The translations under genes and the position numbers were made by a program. A stretch of DNA of 64,000 nt from Sphaerodactylus townsendi (Eukaryota). Location of the stretch: NCBI RefSeq assembly GCF_021028975.2, contig NC_059437.1:33852001-33916000 (forward strand), read 5' to 3'. The notes beneath the pieces were generated by a model. The model did no database searches, had not been told where the DNA came from, and was given only the letters and a program-made list of their open reading frames with translations. Within the stretch, counting starts at the first letter, position 1. Every line of letters begins with the position of its first letter. Of the stretch, positions 1 through 12,895 are shown piece after piece.

Positions 1-682
1 TATGGAGAAAAGTAGAATAGAAATGTTTAAGCAAATCATTTGGATGGGATGACAGGGCTAATAATGGATGCTTTTCCTAACAAGGAAGCAGTTTATTTTA
101 TTCGATTTTTATCTCGCCCCCTCCCAACCAAGGGCGGCCACATTCAGTTTATTAAAACAGTCCAAAATTCATATATATTAAAATCACAATAAAACAATAT
201 CTTCAGGCATTTTAATCCTCTTATTTACCACTAACCAAGGAAGGCAGGGCCTAATAAAATATCAACCCAAATCTGATCAGTATAAACAATATAATAAGGA
301 TGGAACAGAAATAAGAATAGGAATAGTGTTGTATCTTCCAATACAGTAAAAGCTCAAATTAAGCTTATTTTACAGTGGAGCTTTTGAGGTGAATCCCTCT
401 AAGAGCTGGCTGATAAACACAGCAAAATTCAGACTGTTAGTCTGACTCTTTGCCAGTTAGAGGAATGAATTCAGTGGAGGTTTCTATTTCTGATGAATTT
501 ATATTTTTCAAGCAACAACAGGGATGGTCTGTGTCAGAATCTTCTATACTCCCGGCTGGCAGGGATTTCTATTGTTTAACACACATTTACATCCATACCG
601 TTTTCCCCAATTGTTCAACCAGAGTCACAAGTCTGTGGAAGCAGCCTGTTTGAACATGGGAAACAGCTCAGCCCTGCTTCTG

Positions 683-1680
683 TTTATAACATTTTTATGC
701 CACCTTTCTACCCAATGAGGATCAACAAGGCAGTGAACATAAAAACATTTAAACAATTAAAACACAGTTAAAATATGAATTCAGTTAATCACATAAACTG
801 CCCTACGAGTGCCAAACACCATTATTTGGAAGGTAAACCAGATATAATGAAAAAGACTTATCCTACTGGCATAAGATACTAATAGATGAATGTCCTTGGG
901 GAGGGAGCTCCAAAGTTGACAAGAAAATGCCCCTTCTTAGGTTGCCACCTGTCTTCCTCAGATGGAGAGAACTCAAATGGGGTGTACAAGGATGATGAGA
1001 ATGGTGGGTAGGTTTGTATGGGAGAAGGGAGTCATTGTGGTATGCTGGTCCCAGGTCATACAGGGCTTTGAAGGTTAAGACTAGCACCTTGAATTGAGCC
1101 CAGAAGCAAATTAGAAGCCAGTGCAGGTAGAACAAGTGATATAGTCCTATAACCAACTCAGGTCAACATTCTGGCCACAGCATTGTGCACCAAATGTAGC
1201 TTCCAGACATTCTGCAGGGCAGTCCATGTAGAGCTCATTGCAGTGATCTAATTAGGTCTTGGGCAGATACTATAGTGGCAAGACCTTTGCTGCTCAGAAG
1301 GACCACAGCTGGCTCAGTAACCAAAGCTGCTGAAAGGCACCCCTAGCCACCACTGCCACTTGCTTATCCAGCAGAAGGGTCCAGGAGCCACCCCTGAGCT
1401 ACAAACCCTGCTCCTTTAGGGGCAGTGCAACCCCATCTTGAACAGAAGAGAACACATTTCTTCAGTCAGCCCTTCCCTCCACAAATAGCACCTACCCCTG
1501 TTTCGTTGAGATGTAAGTTTCAGTTTGTTAGCCCTCATCCACTCCAAAATTGCCTACAGGTACTTGCTCACAGTTTCCACAGCCTCTGTGGGATCTGTTG
1601 GTAGTACAAGATAGGGCTGAGTGTCAACTGCATATTGGTGGCATCTCTGCCCAGACCCCTGGCCAGCCATTAGGTAACTT
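683..1680 (-). mobile_element. Degenerate L2/CR1-group LINE, 3' part of ORF2 plus 3' UTR
   Basis: Minus-strand remnants CHQYAVDTQ (YADD motif, ~1620-1645) and HWLLICFWAQFKVLVLTFKALYDLGPAY typical of L2-type RT C-termini; interrupted by stops. Confidence 0.7.
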
Positions 1681-3151
1681 AAGCATTTTGCCGGCTCTAT
1701 TTCCACTGTAAGTTGACAGGGTTGTTGTGGTGGTGGTGGTTGGTTTTTTTGTTTTTTGTTTTTTTTTGGGGGGGGGGGCAGGTAACAAGTGTGAGATAAG
1801 GGTTAGGATAGGAGACCCAGTTTAAAATTCATATTCTGCTGAGCTACCTAGGGCAAGTAATTCTCTCCTTGCATGATCTCTCCTGCAAAGAGTTGAAGGT
1901 TAAGCTGTGTGTATTGTGTCCCAAACATAGGCCTTCCTTGTGGCACAATACATGATCAAGAATAAATACAACTTAAGCATGCCTACATAATTCTGGTTAT
2001 ATTTATTGGGTCTGTAAACAGTTTAGATCATTGTGGAAGAAAGGAGATGCGGAAAAATTTCTTTGTACCAGATGTCTTCTGACATACTTTGCACCCACTT
2101 CATTTCAAACTTAGATCATATAGCAAGGAAATAGAGATCTTCCCTCTTCCTCAGCATCTGATGGCTAGAGTGAAGGCTACAAAGGCTGTTACATTAGCTC
2201 CTACTAAATTTCATGGGTACAGGTCACAAAGAAAAGCATAAATGTAATGGAAATCCACAGGCAATATTCCTTCCCCCCTCCCCCTGCCTCAATCAATTTA
2301 ATTTCAAATTGTTTCTACCTGTCTTGATGCCTGTGGCTATCTTCTGCTCCTTATCTGTAAGTTAGGAAAGGTAAAGGTAATCCCTAATGAAAGCACCAGA
2401 TCATTATTAACTCATTGGTTGATGCTACATCATAACATTTACTAAGCAGACTAAGTTTATGGGGTTGTTTGCCATTGCCTTCTGCAACTGTCTACACTTT
2501 ACCTCCAGCAAGGTGGGGAATGAGTGGCTAATTAACCAGACCAGGAGGTTAAACCTGCTGTAGTCCTGAATATAAAACAAACTTGCTACCCATTTTAAAA
2601 AAAAGAGTTTGGGGGTGGGCAAAGGATGCAAGGAAACGGGGAGCAGGCCTGGGCTGATGATTTCAGTAGTTCCTGCCTGTGCAAAAATTCTTAGCCACCT
2701 AAAAGGCCAGAAAGCTAGAGAAAAAGAAAACTAACCCAAAATCTGTGGCCTACCCTCATTCCATGCATCTTGGCATAGAGAAAACACAGTGACAACTGAA
2801 AAGGCAGCAGCTCTCTTTACAATGTTTTAAAAGCCACTGTTTAAGGGTGGAATTTCTTGTTTAATACGGAAGTTGAGGATGAAACCACTTGGTTTCAGAT
2901 GCTCAGTCTGTAGTCTTCAGCCTGGAACTTCCAGGGACTTCAGCAAATGCATCTTCCAGACCTTTGCAACATTCAACACTTCTATGGAGTTCTCCTTCCA
3001 TCTCCTGAGCTGCAATATAGCTTACCCATTGAAGGGAGGAGAGTGGCACGAGAATACAAACCAGCACTGCTGTGATGGCAATTTGTATCTGGGTCCAGCA
3101 CCATATAAGGCAGGGGAGATTACTGTGCCTTAATTGCTACTGTACCTAGGG

Positions 3152-6100
3152 TTAATTTTGGTCTTGACCAGGTGCATGATCCTCCTCCAGGTGAGGGTTA
3201 TAGTTCGGATTCTCTTCAGGAAGGGGATTGTAGTTGGGATCCTCCTCTGGAGGGTCGAACACAAGTTTCCTGTGACAGAATGAAACATTGAAAACCAGGG
3301 TGGGTATTTCCCCCACTCACCTTCTGCCACCAAGTATGTGTTCAACAGAGAACCAGCAGACCTTTGATGAATTTCCAAAGAGTTGTTTGCTTCATCCACA
3401 CACATATAGTATGCATTCAAAGTGTAATCTGTGAATCAGCTCTGATTTTCTGCCCTCCTCAAGTATTATACCATTCCTTAAATATTACACCCTGTTCATT
3501 TTCCTCTCCTGACATTTTCCTCTCCTGACACTTCAACCCCAGTTTCTTGCCCCATGAATGAATGCACGCCAAGGAAAGAAGTCAAAGCCATAGTACTGAC
3601 TTCTTCGGAACTTGCTTGTTCCACAAGGGCAGTCATTTATCCAGGTTGCCTACAGCCTGAGTGTTAATCCTCAGGGCGATTTAAATGAAGCCATTGCTCT
3701 GGACTGAACAGAGACTTACAGGAATCCTGGGGTAAGTAGCAATTTCTTCCCTCCAGGCTGGTTGGGGAAGACATCCTCAAGGAAGTAATAGACATGGCCC
3801 ACAGCAATTCCTGTTAAAAAAAACAAGAGAGTGGTATGGATTCCCCTTCCTATCCAAAGCAGCTTTACTAAATGAGCCAGTTTAACTAGAAACAATATTG
3901 TAATGCATCTATTCTGTCCCCTATAGGGGTCCAAACCACACACCCCAATTCTTATTTGACATGCTGCTGATTGCAAAGGTGGGGAGTTCCTTTACCACTA
4001 CCCCTTTTGTTCTCTTACTGAACATCCAGCCTGAGAAACACTTCCAAATAGTTCAATTATGGTACTTTTTTGTTTAAACCAATATGGCTATTTAACATCT
4101 CTAGTTTTTGTAGCATTGCTTAGCTGAGCTGTTCTGCCCAAGAATAAGAGTCTGGCCATGCCACAGTTTGTTCTTCCTCCTCCCAGATGTGCAGATTCAA
4201 AGCTCAATGCTTGCTCAGTAATTCTTCCTCACATATCTGTGTTGAAATGGGTAGGTAAATGTGTCTATCCACAAACATTTTGAATTTCTGTGCCAGAGGA
4301 ATGATTTTGAAGCAAGGACCCTCTTACCTAGGAGGTCAATGAGGATGGAGTTGCCCAGCAGTAGTGAGAAGCCCATCAAGACCCATGGCAGGAAAGGGGC
4401 CTGGAAGTTGAGCAGACCAAAGAAGTTCATGCGGATGTAAGGGTTCCTCCGGCTCCACACATACACCAGCATGATGGTGAATGCCTGGCCAAGGAAGAAG
4501 AGGCCGGCAAAGAGGCCAAAAAGCTGCAAGCTGATGAGTGAAGGGAAAATCAGGACATATATTGCCTTAGGGAACATCACCATGATTTTGCTACCAAGGA
4601 AAGAGTGGAATTAACTGGTGGCTTCAAAGGGAAGCCACTAATGGTTAAAACAGTGCAGTATGGTTTTTTGGCCCTATTTGAATACACTTCTGCTGGATGA
4701 ACCTGTTGAGACTTTATTTCAGAAAGTGATCAGAGCCAAGTCTGCTGGGGAAAGAAACCAGGTTGAATTCTAAGTCTGGGGAAACCTTGGTTAGAGCAGG
4801 TGTCTAGTGTTGTTACTTTAAAAACTATTTTCACTTTAGATAAAATGTTTATTTTTACCCTGCTCTCTCGCCATAGTGAGCTCAAAGTGGCTTCCAACAT
4901 AGAATACAATTACAATTTACAAATACAATAAAATTATGACATACAATATCATTTAAAGTTTTAAGTACTATGGCACTCAACCAAGGGGGTGGGGGGAGGG
5001 TAGCTTTGAGATAGTTTCTCAGCCCCCTGGCTAACATATAACCCCAGACACAGTAACCAGAAATGGAGAAGACCTGGAGGGGGCAAGGAAGAGTGGAAGC
5101 CAGTCAGATGGACACAACTACATTGCTGCCCTCAGCTAAAGGACTGGCAGAATAGGTGCATCTTGCAGGTCCTGCAGAACTGAGATTCTGTGTCTTCTAC
5201 AGACTATTCCTTGCCAACAAGGAAAGAATGATGCCAACAGAGGGCTGTCACTTTCATCTCAAAAATTGTAGTCAATCTACCAAAACATGTTTAACCATAT
5301 CAAATGATGCTGAAAGATTAACAGTACTTGATTGCCATCATTCAACTGTCACCTGAGGTCATCGACCAAGACCAATAATGCTCTTTCAGCCTTGAATTCC
5401 AGCCTGATGCTGCATGAAAATCAATTGCTGTCAGAGAAATGAGTAACAACTATCATATTTTAAAGTTTGGTCAGTTCGACAAGCTCCAAGCCTACTGTCT
5501 TCTATACTCTATTCCACATAAAGATGATAGTGTGTTGTATATTCCTCCACCATAGAACAAAGCATGCCTGAATCCTAGTGCCGGCCTAGTTCTGCTTCCC
5601 ACACCTGTTTGAAAGTAAAAATAAATTTTGTCATAAATGCCCTTGTATCAAAGTGTCTTGTTCAATAATGCACAAAATAATGGTTTTGACAAACTCCTTA
5701 ACAAAAATAATTAAATGAATAATAATTCTCATATTCGTTCAGCACTATATCCTAATGTGGAAGCATACAACTTTCTCAACCGCTGCACCTCAACTGACCG
5801 AACTATCATCTTTCTGTGGAACAGAGAATAGTATCAAATTGCTTTCCAGCTGATGAGAAATTTCATCTCTGCAATAGCTTCCAGCTGCGACCCCCTATTA
5901 TGCTAAGAGTGTTGGAGAATGCTTCAGGAGAAGCCTTCTTGCCAACCATGAAATGGGTGCAGACAGGTTTTGTTGAGAGCAACACTACCCTTCTCCAAGA
6001 GAAGCATGCATAATATCTCATCCAGAAAAGATACTGTCATGAGAAATCCTCCAAAAAGGAACATGAAGATGAAGTCTGCTGTCCTTCCACGGAAAGAGCC

Positions 6101-7607
6101 TTCTTCCAGCATGCGGCAGTATCTGTAGCTGAGCAGGCAGCAAGGGAGGAGGAGGCTGCAGTAAAGGAAGCTAAAAGGACTTAGTGGACAACATAGCAAA
6201 ATGAACACAATGAAGTTTACTGCAGGAAACAGCCTGATGAGTGTCTGACCCAACCCCATGCAGTAAAAGCTTGCCTTGAGAGTGGAGCACTGCCCAGCAC
6301 AGCTGTGAAGATATAGAAGGGCTGCAAGGCGAAGCTTCTGGTCAGTGGCTGACGTGTTCCACCAGGTGGGAGTGGCAAGAAAAACAGCTCCGGATTTTTT
6401 CAAAAGGTCCTATGTCTACAATTAGGAACTGAGAATAGGTTTCAACATAGAGGAAGGAAGCAAAGCTGTCTCTATTCTGTTCTCCAATAAACTGCCACAT
6501 TCTTCCAATCTCTCTGCAGCAAATGGTACTTAATCACAAGTTTCATGACTTTCCTAAGGAAAATTCCTTTGGCACCTTAAACACTAGAACCCTTACTGGG
6601 GCTTAAACTGAAGCCTAGCTGCATGACTGTGTCAGCCTTTCCGAGGGTTTGCTTCAATAGACTAAAAGACTGATGCAGTTATTGTAGCTGCTGGCTCTCC
6701 AGTCCAGCATCTTGATCTTGTAAATATGCAAGGTCGTCTGAGCCCTCACCTGTAGAGGGGGAAATATCAGAACTGACCCCAGGCTGACTGAATGGATCAG
6801 GAAGCAAATCCTTGGGGAACAGGGGAAATGAGAGCAGGCAAATGCAAAGGATACAGGAATATCATGTTGAAGAAGAAGCTGAATCCCAAGGGCCCGAAGA
6901 ACAGGAAGTTAGTGAGGAGTCGCCAGACCTGCAAAGAACCAAGAAGCCATGGGCAGCAGCCTCTGCAATCCCCTCTGGAGTTCATTTGGCCCCTGAGTGT
7001 GTTACTGTGGGTGTGTCAAGTCACTTCCCACTAATGGTGGCCATTTCATCAACCTGCTCCCTCAAGTTTTGCAAACTGAGGGCCGTGCTTTCCTCTACTG
7101 TCAACTCATCTCTTTCCCTCCTGCCTGGGTGGGAAAGAGAAGTGGCAAAAGTCTCACCTGCAGCTTTCTGAAAATGAGATCCGGGTTGAAGTACAGCTGG
7201 AAAGGCGTGAGGAGATCCAGTTGCTGCAGGCAACGAGAAACGGAGAGGAGCATTTAGACAGCCACTGGCCCGGGTAACCGCTGCCCCCTTTGCGCCTACA
7301 CTCCTGGCCATGGCTACCTGTCCTGCCAGGTAGAGCTCGAGTCTGGCCCAGCGGAGAAAAGGGGACCGCGACAGCGGCGGTCTGACGACCCCCCTCTCCC
7401 CAGGCAACAAAAATCCTTCATAGGGAACAGTGACGGCTAAAGCCCCACCGCCTCACCCGCTGCAGGGTAAAAAAGAGGGCTTCCCCACCCCCCTTTTCCA
7501 TCAACCCCCGTTACCACGGCAGCGGTGGTGATGACGCAGGCGGTGGTGTAGGCACGCGTCACGGCGGGGATCCCCAAATACTCTGCAGTGAAACCCTGAT
7601 AGGCCAT
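3152..7607 (-). CDS. DERL3: Derlin-3 (ERAD rhomboid pseudoprotease), 7 coding exons, 243 aa
   Basis: Exons (minus): 7515-7607, 7158-7223, 6855-6928, 6035-6128, 4328-4523, 3720-3810, 3152-3269 (93/66/74/94/196/91/118 nt = 732 nt, open frame, TAA at 3152-3154). All introns are GT..AG. Protein [97 protein letters not shown]...[56 protein letters not shown] and TPGFLK resemble DERL3 rather than DERL2, and proximity to SLC2A11 matches DERL3 synteny. Confidence 0.93.
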
Positions 7608-8045
7608 CGCGGGGGTATTTCGTAGCAAGCAAGCAAAGGCTGCGGCCCCTTTAAGAGCGCCCCGCGATTCTCTACCTCCCCCCCTCCCCAGTTTCAGGCC
7701 AATCACAAAGCGAGGAGCAACATCCACGGGAAAGCCCGGCCAAGGAGCGCGGAGCCCCGTGGACTCTCTCAATCCTCGCCTCGGCTCCCCCGCCCCCGGC
7801 AAAAGCCTTCGTAGAGAACGGCTCGAGCCATTGGACTAATACTTGACAACGGGGCGGACGAAGGACAGGAGCGACAGGCGTTCCGGCCAATAAAAACTAG
7901 CGAATCCCGCGCGTGGTTCATGTTGTGTCGGGAAAAGAAAGGGCCACGTGTGCGCTGACCACGGGCGAGTAGCCAATAAACGGGAAGGGCGGAGATCGCA
8001 AAGGGCTATTCATGGAAAAGGTGGAGCAGGTGCTGCGGAAGGAAC
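7230..8045 (-). promoter_or_regulatory. CpG-island promoter of DERL3 with CCAAT and CCACG boxes
   Basis: CpG-rich against a CpG-poor background and spans exon 1. CCAAT at 7699, 7887 and 7973; ATTGG at 7830; CCACG/CGTGG at 7724, 7758, 7912, 7944 (GCCACGTG) and 7959. TATA-like CTTAAAG on minus ~45 nt upstream of the ATG. Confidence 0.75.
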
Positions 8046-8976
8046 CCTTATCATACTGAAGCCATTTTTCTATTCAGAGAGAACTCAGAACATACTTGAC
8101 CAAAGCCACTCCAACTGGAATGACCCTGGAAGAAGTGGACACTTGAGCACCCTGAGATGATTTGGGGGAGGATTGTTTTCTAATGCCAGTTGTCTGTCCT
8201 GATAAGCATCAAGAAGTGTCTTTTATCCCACTGTAGTTTACATGTGTAATCCTTGAATAGGCAAGGGAATTGTCTCTTTAGTAAAGAGTTTGGGAGCAGT
8301 TCACTCTAAAATCTACTCTACTGTCCATTGAAATCTCATTCTAAGAGCCTTCAGGGCTAGGACGCTTGGACTTTGCTGATGCAAGGAAAAGGATTTGAAA
8401 GACTGACATTTTCCTGTTGGCGTGTTGTACCCATAGAATGTGTGCATCTTGGCTGCATGTCAGTAATTAATTACATTTGAATGTCCTGGACTCTTAATAA
8501 AAAATTTAAAATGCTAAGCTAACTTATATCAAGTAACTGTTGTCCCACTTTGCTCAGTATTGACTGCAGAGTGGATCTCCAAGTTCCCTTGCAAAAAAAA
8601 GAAAAGTATTTTCCAACACTAGCTGAGGATTTGCCCCGTTCAACTGGATGGAATTTGCAGCATTTTGAAATCATGTAACTGCCGAAATCAGGGACTGGGC
8701 ATTATGAACACCAATCACGTTTTCCACCTTTGAGCCAAACCCCCTGTCTAGTAATGTTTGGCACAAATGAAAAATGCCAGGGAACTAGTGCTGTCTTTTT
8801 CACACGGGCTCTGATTTGTGCACACACTTGTGCTTTCTTGTCAAAGGTTGGTTCTTTAGGGAGAGGTAAGCCATTTCAGTTCTCTTAGGCTCACGGACAT
8901 GGAAGCCTTGGCAGAGGAGCTCTTCCTGAAAAGGCTGTCCACAGTTCCAAGAGCTTGACCCCAAAAGAGGTTGTAC

Positions 8977-9373
8977 CAGGAGTGTCAAACTCATTCGTCA
9001 CAAGGACAGGATATGACATAAACATGACTTGGTTGGGCTGGGCCCTGTGGGGGGGAGGGGTTGCTGCCTCAGCTGATGGCTACCTCAGCTGGCACAGTGG
9101 GCTTTGCCATCCCAGATTGGCACTGAGGGGGGAGGGGTGGTTTACCAGGCCAGATTGGGAGTGGGGTGTGTGGCTACCTGGACTGGTGAGCCTGCAGCTA
9201 GCTCACCAGGGTAGATCGGAAGTGCGGGGTGGCTGTCTGGACTGGCGAGCTCGCAGGAGGCTTTCCAGCCCAGATTGGGAATGGGGTAATTGGGTGCCTC
9301 AGTTTGCTCGGGGGCCCAATGAGCCCTCTCAAGGGCTAGATCCATCCACCAGGCTCCATGTTTGATACTCCTG
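8977..9373. mobile_element. hAT/Charlie-type MITE
   Basis: TIRs CAGGAGTGTCAAAC ... GTTTGATACTCCTG (13/14). Internal short repeats (CCCAGATTGG x3). TSD is degraded. Confidence 0.65.
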
Positions 9374-10850
9374 GGATACACCATTCTTGGTCAGGGCAGT
9401 GGAGGCACACAACAGGAGCATTTTTCAGTGTTTGGATGCTGCTGCTCTCCACCTAGTTAACAAGTCAGGCTCTGCCCCCACATCTAGAACAAGTTTTGGG
9501 CTATGCAATTCCTTTCCCTTTTTTTACCCAAAATCAGGTGTCCTGCACAGCACCTTGTTTGGGAGCCAAACCCAACATGGAAAAAGGGTTGGACAGCAGG
9601 AGCAGCCAGTTCCGGTTAGCTCTGGTGGTTATACAAAGTGATCCACTCTCTGAGCTCAGGATTCCTTTCTGGGCACACTTTGTGATGAGTTGTGAGAGGC
9701 TCAGGCTCTGCTGCTTCCCAAGGCTTCCTGGGTAACTAAGAGTGTCCAAAATTCGTTCCAAGGATGTTGTAGTATCTTCAGCAGGTAGTGGCAGTAAAAG
9801 ATGATTCACTACCGTGATTTGCAGTACAGGAGAGCCATTTTCCTTAGCTCCATGGCTTGCTCTCTTGTTTCCCAGCCTGTAAGCTCAACTGGTAGCACCA
9901 GGGTCACATCTTGGGGAGACAAAAACCAGGGCAATTTCTCCAAGCGTGTGTCTCTCGCTACAACCTGCCTCTAACTGCAAGCACTAATGCACTTCATAGG
10001 AATTAATTGCTTGCTTCTTTGGGGATGAAAGGGGAACTACATACATGCTCCTTGCCTCACCTCCTGCCTCAGCTGGCTTTGCACTTAACCCTTTATGGGG
10101 CTTTGGTTCAGCAAGGCAGGATGCATCACATGGAGATTATCCCAGCCTACCATTCTTCTTAAAACAAAGGCTGAGCTGTGTTCTGAGTGCAATCACTACT
10201 GGAGTGGATACCTATTTAGCAAACAAGCTACAGTTCCTCTAGGTGCAACATTGTTCATTATCTTTTGTTAAACACAAGCTAAATATGCATTTTCCAATAG
10301 CAAATATTTATAGTTTAGTATAGTATGGTAGTTGCTTATTGACAGCAAGTCACAACATACACAGATTAGCAGGGGATCCCATGCAACTGCCCAGTGTGCC
10401 TATGCATTAAAATGGCCCTGGTCTTGGACTTATTAGAAACCCAAATGTGTTACTTAAGCATATTGTTCACTGGGTATAGTAGCCTCATGCTGCAGTCTCA
10501 TTGGGCTCAGATCGGCCCTTCCCTTTTGCCTTAGTGAACTTAGTGAACTTTAGAAACAGGTGAAAAGAGGAGCATCTATGCTATTTGGGATCTCTGTGAG
10601 GTGGAGGAGTTTCATCACAGGAACAATTGCCAGCTCTGAATTGGGGGGCAGGGGGCAAAGTTTGTGGAGGGTAAGACTTGGGGCAAGGGTGAGACCAAAG
10701 CAAGGTATAAGGCCCAGAGGCTACCCTCTGTTCCCCAAAGGACACTGTTAACTGCCCTGGAACATGTGGGATCTCCACACCACTCAGCTCCCCCTGCCCA
10801 ACATTCCCACAAGGCATTACAGATGCATCTTGTTCACTGGGTATAGTAGC

Positions 10851-11242
10851 CAGAGGTGGGATCCAGCAGGTTCTCACAGGTTCCCAAGAGTAGGTTACTA
10901 ATTATTTGTGTATGCCGATAGGGGGTTACTAATTGGTGATTTTGCCACGTGATTTTTGCCTTAGTTACACCCCTCCTCTCAGCAGTAGCGCACAGAACTT
11001 GTAGCAGTCTAGCAGGAGGTGCACCAGTGTGCGTGGCAGCCTGCGCCTGCGTGCATTTGTTTCCCGCCCAAGGACCGGCGCAGCGGCTGCGTCCTTGCCA
11101 CAGCCCCGCCCAGGAATGCCTCGCCCCCGGAATGCCCAGCCACGCCCCCGTCATGCCCCGCCCAGCCCCATTGGCGCTACGCCACAGTATGAATCCCAAC
11201 ACCATGGGAACCTGTTACTAAAATTTTTGGATCCCACCACTG
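10851..11242. mobile_element. Non-autonomous hAT element (392 bp)
   Basis: TIRs CAGAGGTGGGATCC / GGATCCCACCACTG (13/14); perfect 8-bp TSD ATAGTAGC (10843-10850, 11243-11250); splits one array unit. Confidence 0.9.
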
Positions 11243-12036
11243 ATAGTAGCCTATGTAGCGGAGGCACACCACACCACCCAACTCCCTGAGGAGAGACAGG
11301 GGCCCAAAAGAGAGGGAAACGTGAGGCGGAGGGTGACTGCTTCAATAGAAGCTTTAGCCTAAGGCACCTACACGCACGCGCACACGCACGCGCACACAGG
11401 CCTTCCTCTGCCAGAAATCCTGTCAGGATCTGAGCTATTCCCCAAGGGACACTACTAACTGCCCTGGAACAGCCAGGATCTCCATACCACCCAGCTCCCC
11501 CTGCCCAACATTCTCAAAAGACACTATGGAGGAATATTGTTCACTGGGTATAGTAGCCTGTGTAACGGAGACACACCACACCACTCAACTCCCTGAGGAG
11601 AGACAGAGGCCCAAAAGGGAGGGAAACGTGAGGCGGAGGGTGACTGCTTCAATAGAAGCTTTAGCCTAAGGCACCTACCCCACCCCCACCCCAATCACAC
11701 GCACATACACAGGCCTTTCTCTGCCAGAAAGCCTGTCAGGATCTCACTGTTAACTGAGCTGTTCCCCAATGGACACTGTTAATTGCCCTGGAACACGCAC
11801 ACCACTCAGCCTCGCCACCCAACATTCCCACAAGGAACTACAGATGCATCTTGTTCACTGGGTATAGTCGCCTATGTAACGGAGGCACACCACACCACCC
11901 AACTCTCTGAAGAGAGACAGAGGCCCCAAAGGGAGGGAAAAGTGAGGCGGAGGGTGACTGCTTCGATAGCAGCTTTGGCCTAAGGCACCCCCACCCCCCA
12001 CCCGTGCACACACAGGCCTTTCTCTGTCATAAATCC

Positions 12037-12895
12037 TGTCAGGATCTTAATTTATATTTGCTGCCACCAGAAACTGAGGTAAAATATATATCTTAGAGAG
12101 GCGTTTGAAAGATGGAAAACAAGACTAGATTTTATTTTACAAAGGTTCCTTCTCAGGCTATTGCTTCAGTGAGGTACTTAAGCCTTACTGGTTTCTGAGG
12201 CAGAATTCTTGGAGGTTACAGGCAAACGCAGGTTCATGTAAATGGCTGTTTCAGTTACAAGATTTAGCTTCACTTAAAGGTGGCTGTTACCGTTTACGGA
12301 TTACTACACTTATAGTTTCACACATGCTCAGGTGTTTCTGTTTAGGGTGAACCTTCCCAACATGGTCCTCCTGAACACTCTCCTGAAACACCCACCCTTA
12401 TCTCCAAAGGGTCTCACGCTGGCTTGGGGCAGATTAAGCTCTGGGGTTTGACTAAACCCCCTCTCAACTCTGCCAGTTAAGCTAAACACCTTCAGCAACT
12501 CTCTGGTTCCATATCTGGGTGTTGCCTCCTCATGAGACAAAAGCCAAGCGCTCTGTGTGGGCTTAGGATCAGTTCCCCACCACCAGGCCACCTGGCCATT
12601 TGTGGAAAGGCTTTTCCTCTCGGTCTGAGATCTGCCTCTACCCCGTCTGCCTTTCTGACAGGATTTGTGTGTCACACAAGCTCTCGTGTTGCGTTAAAAT
12701 CCCTCTCAGTCTCTATCCCTGTCTGTCTTCTCTGACAGGCTTTTCCCGCTTTTATCACAGCCAGCACACCCTGTCTCTGGCTTCTGGCTACTGCATCTCA
12801 GTCAGCCAACCAGGAGGCGCTCTGGTTGACATTTTTCCCCTCCTCTGGGACAGGACTGTCCCTCCAGATTCACCCTTTCATTGCAGTCTGTCACA
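12037..12895 (-). mobile_element. Probable solo LTR (~860 bp)
   Basis: Ends TGTCAGGATC ... CTGTCACA (TG..CA); minus-strand AATAAA at ~12131-12136; no coding capacity. TSD is imperfect (overlapping AGCC/GCCT as seen in array copy 2). Confidence 0.55.

Noticed and set aside
3152-7607. DERL2 identity
   Set aside because: Diagnostic residues, the absent SHP-box tail and SLC2A11 linkage favour DERL3.
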